Virus record (IMG/VR): IMGVR_UViG_3300030104_002956
Location: 1 to 59,161 of that record
Strand: one strand, 5' to 3'
Origin: a virus
Lineage: Duplodnaviria; Caudoviricetes
DNA: 59,161 nt
Position 1 is the first letter of the stretch, and each line of letters starts with the position of its first letter. A program made the translations under genes and the position numbers. This document shows positions 30,559-37,051 of the stretch, in pieces. Under the pieces are notes generated by a model. It saw nothing but the letters and a program-made list of their open reading frames with translations. It searched no databases and was not told where the DNA came from.

Positions 30559-31041
30559 TTACCAGTGAGCTATAAAGTCTGAAGCTAATCCACTTCCACT
30601 AAGTGTAACAATTCTTATTACTTGTATAGGTAAAAAAGTTCCTTTCTGAACTTCTTTATAAGTAACCTCATCACCAGCAGCAGTAATTACTTTCAAATCT
30701 CCAGTTCCACCAATATATAATATGCATCCTCTAGTGCTTTGAGAATATATTTGAAATGTGTCTCCAGCAGTGGAAAATATATCACCACTTAAACTTAGTT
30801 GTGTTCCACTGTCAATGGCAGTAACTCTAGCGTAAGTACCATTAGTAACATTCTCTACAATAAAACCTGTTTGAACAGTACTTGCAGTAAAAGTGTCTGC
30901 AGCAGATACAGTTAGTTTATTAGTTGTTGATGTAGCGTTAGCTCCTGTAATTCCAGCAAAATCTGGATCAGGAATATCTATTCCTGTAGTAGTTGCATAA
31001 ACTGGTAAGGCTCTACTTACTTGTAATCTTTGATATGGCAT
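30559..31041 (-). CDS. Putative head-spike base protein (RcGTA Rcc01079-like) with inserted domain
   Basis: LYIGGTGDLKV...GDEVTY...GTFLPIQVIRI motif, directly upstream of a protein with a GxGxG-type N-terminus. Confidence 0.6.
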   Translation of the reverse strand: MPYQRLQVSRALPVYATTTGIDIPDPDFAGITGANATSTTNKLTVSAADTFTASTVQTGFIVENVTNGTYARVTAIDSGTQLSLSGDIFSTAGDTFQIYSQSTRGCILYIGGTGDLKVITAAGDEVTYKEVQKGTFLPIQVIRIVTLSGSGLASDFIAHW

Positions 31042-31044
31042 ATT

Positions 31045-31194
31045 TTATTTTTTAAAAGGAAATTTTCTATTTAATGAATCTCGTCTTTCTGAGCAACCAC
31101 ACGGTTTACCCGTAGCCTGTGAAACAGTGTCTACTACTTTTTTAATACCTGTGGCTTTGGTTACGCCCTCCACTAAATCTCCTAATCCTCTCAT
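31045..31194 (-). CDS. 49-aa protein with GLGD...CGC motif (not in ORF track)
   Basis: MRGLGDLVEGVTKATGIKKVVDTVSQATGKPCGCSERRDSLNRKFPFKK; ATGA coupling to the upstream gene. Confidence 0.75.
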   Translation of the reverse strand: MRGLGDLVEGVTKATGIKKVVDTVSQATGKPCGCSERRDSLNRKFPFKK

Positions 31195-31346
31195 TTTTTA
31201 AAAGCTAACAAAAATTCTCTAGCTCCTATACCAAAAGCAAAACCAGCATATAATGGATGTGATTCAAACACCATTAATGCTCCTATTGCTACAGCACAAG
31301 CAGATTTAAATATCGGATGAGAAAGTAATAAAGAAATTTTACTCAT
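31191..31346 (-). CDS. 51-aa membrane protein (not in ORF track)
   Basis: MSKISLLLSHPIFKSACAVAIGALMVFESHPLYAGFAFGIGAREFLLAFKK; coupled on both sides. Confidence 0.7.
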   Translation of the reverse strand: MSKISLLLSHPIFKSACAVAIGALMVFESHPLYAGFAFGIGAREFLLAFKK

Positions 31347-31573
31347 TTCTTAATTAATTTTCCTAAATGTCCTTTTACACTAGATGGATAGTGTTTTTCA
31401 TATTTCATAGAGTGGTCTCCACCATAAGCGTGTCCATAATCTTTTTTAGACATAGCCTTAGACTCATCTCTTCTATCTTTCATAGATTGTTTGTGTGGCC
31501 CTTTGTGCTTCATTCCTAATGACTCATCTAGCCTGTCGTTGTATCCTTGTGATTTATATTTTACTGTTGGCAT
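31343..31573 (-). CDS. Small basic protein (MPTVK start)
   Basis: 76 aa, K/H-rich, QGYNDRLDESLG. Confidence 0.75.
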   Translation of the reverse strand: MPTVKYKSQGYNDRLDESLGMKHKGPHKQSMKDRRDESKAMSKKDYGHAYGGDHSMKYEKHYPSSVKGHLGKLIKK

Positions 31574-31591
31574 TTTATATTGTTTTTATTA

Positions 31592-31753
31592 TTAATAACT
31601 TTTAGTTTCTGCTCCATATCCTGGATTCATTTTTATTGTTCCCCCCATTGTTTTAGCAAATTCAACTGCTTGGGCTTTTCCTACAGCATTATAAGGAAAT
31701 TTTTTTTCTTTCATTTTTCCAGTATCAGGACATTTATGTTTTACTGTTGGCAT
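31592..31753 (-). CDS. Small basic protein, FPYNAVGKAQA paralog 1
   Basis: Start revised to MPTVKHK at 31753. Confidence 0.75.
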   Translation of the reverse strand: MPTVKHKCPDTGKMKEKKFPYNAVGKAQAVEFAKTMGGTIKMNPGYGAETKSY

Positions 31754-31754
31754 A

Positions 31755-31931
31755 TTAAGATTTTTTAAATAAATTAATATTAGCATTTGCCATTTCATTA
31801 CCTTCGGCAATCATTCTAACTTTATCAAATCTTTTTTGCATTCTTTTCATATCGGCTAGTTTGGTGATTCCCATCCTAGAGTCTGGTCGCATATTGATTT
31901 CTCGACCAAATTTCATTTCTAAACCATCCAT
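31755..31931 (-). CDS. 58-aa Met-rich basic protein (not in ORF track)
   Basis: MDGLEMKFGREINMRPDSRMGITKLADMKRMQKRF...; follows a promoter box. Confidence 0.7.
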   Translation of the reverse strand: MDGLEMKFGREINMRPDSRMGITKLADMKRMQKRFDKVRMIAEGNEMANANINLFKKS

Positions 31932-31946
31932 AGTTTGTTTTTTTTA

Positions 31947-31954
31947 CAAATATA
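31947..31954 (-). promoter_or_regulatory. Bacteroidota-type -7 promoter box TATATTTG
   Basis: TAnnTTTG in the intergenic gap. Confidence 0.6.
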
Positions 31955-31955
31955 A

Positions 31956-32246
31956 TTAATATTTTCCTCTTCGACTTTTTGGAGAGCTTTTTGTAGAGCC
32001 TCCCTTGCCAGCCCATAGATGTTTGCAGGCCCAATATCGAGCTGTCAACTTCGACTTGGCTGTATCACATTTATGTCTGGCTCGGAAAGATTTTCGTGCC
32101 GCAGCACTATAGTTATGACCATATCCTTTTGCGCCAAAGTGAATTAACTTCTCTTTACCCCCCTCACAGCCTTTGACCATTTTCTTTTTGCCTGGCCTAT
32201 CACTAGACCTGACAACATTACACTTCATTTTACTTTTTTCTGCCAC
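31956..32246 (-). CDS. Small basic protein with RKSFRARHKC...ARYWAC motif
   Basis: Motif familiar from uncharacterised marine phage proteins. Confidence 0.8.
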   Translation of the reverse strand: MAEKSKMKCNVVRSSDRPGKKKMVKGCEGGKEKLIHFGAKGYGHNYSAAARKSFRARHKCDTAKSKLTARYWACKHLWAGKGGSTKSSPKSRRGKY

Positions 32247-32478
32247 TTCTTACTTTTGCTTTTTTAGTATTGGGAATAAATTGTTTTCTACCGCCAGAGG
32301 CTTTCTTTTTTCTGGCAGTAGCTGCTCTTTGTCTTTTACTTAAACTCCTTGCTTTTGCTAAAGGTAAACAGCGGTCAGGATTTTTTTTATTCTTACTAGT
32401 ACCACAAGCTCCTTTTATTTCTCCATCAGTACCAATACGAACCCATTTCTGATCACGCCATTTTTTTAGCTCGCCCAT
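32230..32478 (-). CDS. Small basic protein (W..W...CG...CLP motif)
   Basis: 82 aa, K/R-rich, overlapping both neighbours. Confidence 0.75.
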   Translation of the reverse strand: MGELKKWRDQKWVRIGTDGEIKGACGTSKNKKNPDRCLPLAKARSLSKRQRAATARKKKASGGRKQFIPNTKKAKVRSGRKK

Positions 32479-32630
32479 TAATATCCAGACTTAGTTTTCT
32501 TTTCCATTCCGTAACCAGGATTGTTTTTCTTTTTTCCACCTGTCATTCTAGCAAATGAATCTGCTTGAGCTTTTCCTACAGCATTGTATGGAAATACTCT
32601 TTTTTTACCTTTTACTTTTACCGTTGGCAT
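32478..32630 (-). CDS. Small basic protein, FPYNAVGKAQA paralog 2 (not in ORF track)
   Basis: MPTVKVKGKKRVFPYNAVGKAQADSFARMTGGKKKNNPGYGMEKKTKSGY. Confidence 0.8.
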   Translation of the reverse strand: MPTVKVKGKKRVFPYNAVGKAQADSFARMTGGKKKNNPGYGMEKKTKSGY

Positions 32631-32739
32631 TTTTCTTGTTTTTTTTGGTTTTTAATACTTTAAAATCAGCTCCTGTGATTTTATCGAAAGGCATAGCCTG
32701 CCTTGCAATCTTTCTTTGTTTGGGACTTAACTTACTCAT
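32605..32739 (-). CDS. 44-aa basic protein, LSPKQ...KITGADF motif (not in ORF track)
   Basis: MSKLSPKQRKIARQAMPFDKITGADFKVLKTKKNKKNANGKSKR. Confidence 0.75.
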   Translation of the reverse strand: MSKLSPKQRKIARQAMPFDKITGADFKVLKTKKNKKNANGKSKR

Positions 32740-32866
32740 TTTTGCAATTTTTGGATTTTTTATGAGTATAACCTTTTTCTTTTAGTTTTTTATGGTCTTC
32801 TTCTTTAAAAGCCATTTTACCTTTACAACCTTTATACATCATATGTGGTTTAAATTTCTTAGCCAT
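32732..32866 (-). CDS. 44-aa basic protein, FKPHMMY...GYTH motif (not in ORF track)
   Basis: MAKKFKPHMMYKGCKGKMAFKEEDHKKLKEKGYTHKKSKNCKNE. Confidence 0.75.
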   Translation of the reverse strand: MAKKFKPHMMYKGCKGKMAFKEEDHKKLKEKGYTHKKSKNCKNE

Positions 32867-33000
32867 TACTTTCCGTAATTAGGGTCTTTACAATATTTAC
32901 TTGCAGCCATATTAGCATAGGCTGAAGGATACTTATCAAACGTTCTTTTAGCCCAAGCTATACCAGCTGGACATATTTTGTTTTTCTTTCTTTTTGCCAT
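32866..33000 (-). CDS. 44-aa basic protein, YPSAYAN motif
   Basis: Start revised to MAKRKKNK at 33000, 8 nt after a promoter box. Confidence 0.75.
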   Translation of the reverse strand: MAKRKKNKICPAGIAWAKRTFDKYPSAYANMAASKYCKDPNYGK

Positions 33001-33008
33001 ATATTTAG

Positions 33009-33016
33009 CAAAGATA
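33009..33016 (-). promoter_or_regulatory. Bacteroidota-type -7 promoter box TATCTTTG
   Basis: TAnnTTTG heading the small-basic-gene cluster; overlaps the ATG of the divergent gene. Confidence 0.6.
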
Positions 33017-33489
33017 TGAAAAAGATTGTAAGGCAGGTTCACGATAGAATACATCCGTCACACGACTATTTAAAATACTGGAGAATTATTCGTTACTGGG
33101 CAAAAAAACAATACGGATTTACCGTAGCTGATTTAGATATTATGTTTTTTCTTTACTCAGAAAGACTGTTTACTAAAACACATTTTCATAAGTATGGAAA
33201 TATTATGTCTTGGGACCCAACTCGTTTTAAAAGTTTAATCGAAAGGGGATATATTCACATATGGAGAGAAAAACAAGGTAAAGAAGCTGCTCTTTATGAA
33301 GTGACTTTTAAAGGTAAAAGAGCTATTAATAATATCTATAAGAAACTAAACGGTGAAGAAATAGCAGAATCAGCTGAAATCAACCCTATATTTAAAGACG
33401 ATGTAAGATATATGGATAAAGTTTATCGTAATGCAATACTAGAACTAAACAAGTCTATAAAACAACCACAACGTCACGCTCTTGAATAA
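33016..33489 (+). CDS. Winged-helix (MarR-like) protein
   Basis: DLDIMFFLY...LIERGYI...LYEVTFKGK pattern; the only plus-strand gene called in the minus-strand arm. Confidence 0.6.
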   Translation: MKKIVRQVHDRIHPSHDYLKYWRIIRYWAKKQYGFTVADLDIMFFLYSERLFTKTHFHKYGNIMSWDPTRFKSLIERGYIHIWREKQGKEAALYEVTFKGKRAINNIYKKLNGEEIAESAEINPIFKDDVRYMDKVYRNAILELNKSIKQPQRHALE

Positions 33490-33712
33490 CCACATACGAC
33501 TGATCGTTGATGATTACCTCGTGTGCTTGTGCCTTGTCGTAATAAATAACATCTCCTTCTTTAATAGTATCTACTAAAGTCCCAGGCTTTACTACCGTAG
33601 CTTTCTTATATCTAAATGCAAATGCATCTGTTTTTGATAAAAGTAAACCCGATTTAGTTTTTAGCTCTTCTTGAGCTGGAGTAATAATTATGTATTTATT
33701 TATTGGCTTCAT
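33455..33712 (-). CDS. groES: Co-chaperonin GroES
   Basis: MKPINKYIII, mobile loop KTKSGLLL, IKEGDVIYY and IQERDV; start revised to 33712. Confidence 0.85.
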   Translation of the reverse strand: MKPINKYIIITPAQEELKTKSGLLLSKTDAFAFRYKKATVVKPGTLVDTIKEGDVIYYDKAQAHEVIINDQSYVVIQERDVVVVL

Positions 33713-33860
33713 TCTTTTTAATTTTTTTAAGAGCCTCATCATATCCTGGCATATGTTTAATTAGTTCGGCTGTGCCGACTGATAGTGTAACTAAATGCTG
33801 CACTGCAGCATTTAGAGATTTTATTTTATTTTGCATTTCAATCAGCTTACTCTCTTTCAT
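33696..33860 (-). CDS. 54-aa hypothetical protein (not in ORF track)
   Basis: MKESKLIEMQNKIKSLNAAVQHLVTLSVGTAELIKHMPGYDEALKKIKKNEANK; overlaps both neighbours. Confidence 0.7.
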   Translation of the reverse strand: MKESKLIEMQNKIKSLNAAVQHLVTLSVGTAELIKHMPGYDEALKKIKKNEANK

Positions 33861-34012
33861 AGTTTATAAGTTATTCCAACCACTACAAAAAAACCACCAG
33901 TGGCTAAAGCATAGGTATTTGGGTTCATTCCAAGTTGTTGATTGTTCCAAATCATATTGGCTCCAGATGCTGTCATCATACTTAAGCCACCTATTATTGC
34001 TAGTCTTTTCAT
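33857..34012 (-). CDS. 51-aa hydrophobic protein (not in ORF track)
   Basis: MKRLAIIGGLSMMTASGANMIWNNQQLGMNPNTYALATGGFFVVVGITYKL; ATGA overlaps on both sides. Confidence 0.65.
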   Translation of the reverse strand: MKRLAIIGGLSMMTASGANMIWNNQQLGMNPNTYALATGGFFVVVGITYKL

Positions 34013-35598
34013 TTTATTTCTCGTGCCATTGTAATGATGGCGTTAGTACTTAATATGGTTGTTGCTACCGATACTGCATTTTTAAGTGCGTTCTTAGTTA
34101 CTTTAAGTGGGTCTAATATTCCCATCTTGTACATATCTCCAAACATACCTTCCTTTACATCATAACCCATATTGAATTCTGAATTATTTAGCAGCCCTTC
34201 TATTTCTATAATGTCCCCGTCAGAGAGTCCAGCATTTTTCATAATGGTGAAAAAAGGAGCTTTTAAAGAGTCTGCTATGTTTTCTTCTGCTAAAGTCATT
34301 TTACCTTCAGACAATTTATTTGATTCCCTAAATAATGTCACTCCTCCTCCAGGAAGTATGCCTTCGTCTAGTGCTGAACGAACTGCACACACTGCATCAT
34401 CTACCCTATCATACTTTTCTTTCTGCTCAATGTCTGAGTTGCCACCAACATATATTACGCCAATAGCACCGTTTAAGCAAGCTATTCGCTCACTCATAAA
34501 CACAACATCTGGCTTAGACTTGGTATTGTCTTTTTGAACTTTTAACTCTTTTACTCTTTCTTTAATCACCTCTTCATCTCCGTGACCACCTAGCATAATG
34601 GTTTCATCTCTGCTTACCACTACTTTATCTACCTTACCTAAATCTTCCATTCTAATTAAGTTGAGGTCATCACCAGTCTCTTCAGCGAAATACTTACCCC
34701 CAGTTGCTACTGCTATGTCATTCATTAGCTCGTGTCGTTTGTAACCAAACTGTGGCGGCTCAATCTGACACAACTTCAACCCGTTTCTAACTACATTAGC
34801 CGATAGTGTGTTCATCACATTGGTGCTACAAGACGATATGATCAGTAGTTTGTGTCCACCATTAATAATTGGTTTTAGTACGTTCTCAATTTGCAGTACG
34901 TTACTAATAACGTGGTCCGATAATAGTACATAACAATCGTCCAATATGCACTCATCCTTTTTTTGGTTATTCACAAAAGAATTGGCACCCCACCCTCTTT
35001 TTAGTTGAATACCTTTATGAACCTCACTAAACGTTTGGTCATTTTGAGAATTTTCTACCGTAACCACGCCATCAGTACCTACCTCTAAATAAGTATCTGC
35101 TATTATTTTTCCTAGCTCTCTATCGTTGTTTGCCGATATGGTAGCTACATCCAATAATCCTTTTTTGGATAATTTCTTAGTCACTTTCTCTAAGTTTAAA
35201 ATCACTTGATCGCAATGACTATTAATCTCCCTAATGTATTTGTTAGAACTAATGTTATTTTCATCCAGGTGTTTTAACCCTTCTTTTACTATAGATTCAG
35301 CTAAAACAATAGCTGTTGTTGTTCCGTCTCCTGCTACATTCGCAGTGTTTTGAGATGACTCTCTGAGCATTTGAACTGCAAGATTCTCTACTGGATCAAG
35401 TAGCTGAACTGCCTTGGCTACTGTAACGCCATCTTTGGTAACTGTGATTCCGTGGGTGTGAGCTGGTGATTCAATAACGACTGTGTTTCCGCCTGGACCT
35501 AGCGTGCTCTTAACTGCTTCGCTAATTTTTTTGATGCCAGCTTTTAGTTTAGTTCTGGCCTCCTCGTGCAAGACGAGTTCTTTTGGATTGTATGACAT
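34009..35598 (-). CDS. groEL: Chaperonin GroEL
   Basis: TLGPGG, TKDGVTVA, AGDGTTTA, ATISANND, GILPGGG and GILDPLKV motifs. Confidence 0.97.
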   Translation of the reverse strand: MSYNPKELVLHEEARTKLKAGIKKISEAVKSTLGPGGNTVVIESPAHTHGITVTKDGVTVAKAVQLLDPVENLAVQMLRESSQNTANVAGDGTTTAIVLAESIVKEGLKHLDENNISSNKYIREINSHCDQVILNLEKVTKKLSKKGLLDVATISANNDRELGKIIADTYLEVGTDGVVTVENSQNDQTFSEVHKGIQLKRGWGANSFVNNQKKDECILDDCYVLLSDHVISNVLQIENVLKPIINGGHKLLIISSCSTNVMNTLSANVVRNGLKLCQIEPPQFGYKRHELMNDIAVATGGKYFAEETGDDLNLIRMEDLGKVDKVVVSRDETIMLGGHGDEEVIKERVKELKVQKDNTKSKPDVVFMSERIACLNGAIGVIYVGGNSDIEQKEKYDRVDDAVCAVRSALDEGILPGGGVTLFRESNKLSEGKMTLAEENIADSLKAPFFTIMKNAGLSDGDIIEIEGLLNNSEFNMGYDVKEGMFGDMYKMGILDPLKVTKNALKNAVSVATTILSTNAIITMAREIK

Positions 35599-35614
35599 TA
35601 GATTAAATTTTCTC

Positions 35615-35622
35615 CAAATATA
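35615..35622 (-). promoter_or_regulatory. Bacteroidota-type -7 promoter box TATATTTG
   Basis: TAnnTTTG 16 nt upstream of the groEL ATG. Confidence 0.6.
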
Positions 35623-35675
35623 TAAATTATTTTAAGTCATACAAATAAACTAATTTTTTTTATTGTTTTGACAAA

Positions 35676-35954
35676 TAACTATTTGATTATCAATAAGTTA
35701 GAAATAATCTGACGGTTTGTTTTTAGTTAACTACCTGATTATCAAGTAGTTTGACGGTTTGACGGTTTTTTCTCCAAAAATCAGCACTATATACTTTCTT
35801 CTTTTTCTTTATTTACTTTTTTATTTTTTTTATACTAAAAATCGTCAAAATCGTCAGCTATTAATAATATATAGTTGATTTACAGTAAGTTAGAGTAAAT
35901 TATATAAAGTAAAAGTTCGTCAGATTTTCGTCATAATTTTGACGATAATCGTCA
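35676..35954. repeat. Iteron/IHF-site array A (putative replication origin)
   Basis: TGACG at 35710, 35752, 35760, 35940; CGTCA at 35843, 35852, 35918, 35929, 35950; T-rich spacer; IHF-consensus WATCAANNNNTTR on both strands within 35676-35700. Confidence 0.65.
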
Positions 35955-35960
35955 TATTTA

Positions 35961-36051
35961 GCCGATCGTTGTTATATCTGGGCTTTAACCATCTTAGCTT
36001 TTCACTAATAACAACATAATACAATCGGCATTTAGACTGGTAACACAGTCA
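35961..36051. ncRNA. Putative structured small RNA (bulged hairpin plus GTAACA hairpin); strand uncertain
   Basis: GCCGAT/ATCGGC and GTTGTTAT/ATAACAAC stems with an 8-nt bulge, and GACTG-GTAACA-CAGTC. Contains the 18-mer shared with the hammerhead loop. Confidence 0.45.
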
Positions 36052-36127
36052 AATAAATTTACGAAATATATATAAGTTGGGGGTAACACACCTACATAGC
36101 GTATGCACGTTGCCACAGAAAACAACA

Positions 36128-36240
36128 TTTTTTTTTGGGGGTGGGGGTGTTGCTGTGGTTGATGCGTCTGTAATTTTTGCCGTTTTGTGGTGGTGGTGGG
36201 TGGGGTTGGTGGTGTTGCTTTGTGGGTGCTTTTGTCATTC
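36128..36240 (+). other. G/T-skewed, G-tract-rich segment (candidate genome end/packaging site)
   Basis: GGGGGTGGGGG and (GGT)n-GGGTGGGG, almost no A, at the divergent strand switch. Confidence 0.4.
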
Positions 36241-36587
36241 TGCGTAAACTTTAGAGCCGTTTATTTATCGTCTTTTGTTGTTCATTCAATAGCTATTTTA
36301 TAAACTAAATAAGACCCTTTTAAGAACTTTAAAACCCTTTAAACATACTTAGAAAGGGAATAAAACCCGCCCGCCATTTAGCCCAAATAAATAAAAATAT
36401 TTTTTTATTCCTGTTTGTTATCTGTTGAAATGGTGTAAAAAGTAATATGTTTTGTTTAAGGTTGCTAAACTTTTTTTCTTCTCTGGAGTTTCTCTGTTAA
36501 TCCAGAATTTTAAAGGTTAAACAGATTTTGTAGTCTCGTTTACTTGTTTTTACTTAGCTGTCGAAAATAATACTAAAAAAATACAAA

Positions 36588-36767
36588 ATGGAAACTTATA
36601 AAGTGGAATTAAATAAAAAAGAATTATCAGAGATTTCAAAACTTTTAAACAAAGAAGTGAAAAACAATCCTGAACTTATGGTTATATTATCTAAACTGAG
36701 TTTAGCATATTATGAGCCGTTAACAAATGAAATAGGGGAGTTTATAACAGATAAATTTAATCTATAA
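36588..36767 (+). CDS. First early hypothetical protein, 59 aa (not in ORF track)
   Basis: METYKVELNKKELSEISKLL...DKFNL with an A-rich leader, followed by a GGGGCT/AGCCCC hairpin at 36780-36797. Confidence 0.65.
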   Translation: METYKVELNKKELSEISKLLNKEVKNNPELMVILSKLSLAYYEPLTNEIGEFITDKFNL

Positions 36768-36812
36768 ACAATTAATCAGGGGGCTTTAATTAGCCCCTCT
36801 TAAAACTAAATT

Positions 36813-37001
36813 ATGATAAGAATTAAAGACAATAAGCAACACGGAATCAAACCGAATATAGCTAATAAGCATAAGAAAGGGGCTAAAATTGTAAGGATTC
36901 AAACAATAATTGATAACCAAATAAAAAGCATTGACACGGCTATATTTAAAGCAGATAGAGCCGAAAAGCAAAGAGACAGAAGAAGAGCCAAAAGAAGATA
37001 A
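36813..37001 (+). CDS. Early basic hypothetical protein
   Basis: 62-aa ORF with an A-rich leader. Confidence 0.6.
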   Translation: MIRIKDNKQHGIKPNIANKHKKGAKIVRIQTIIDNQIKSIDTAIFKADRAEKQRDRRRAKRR

Positions 37002-37051
37002 AAACACATATTTAAACACGTGGAGACCACACGCAAAACGGACACGAAAAG

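Noticed and set aside
35676-35954. CRISPR mini-array
   Set aside because: Repeats are 5-6 bp, in both orientations, without regular spacers; no cas genes.
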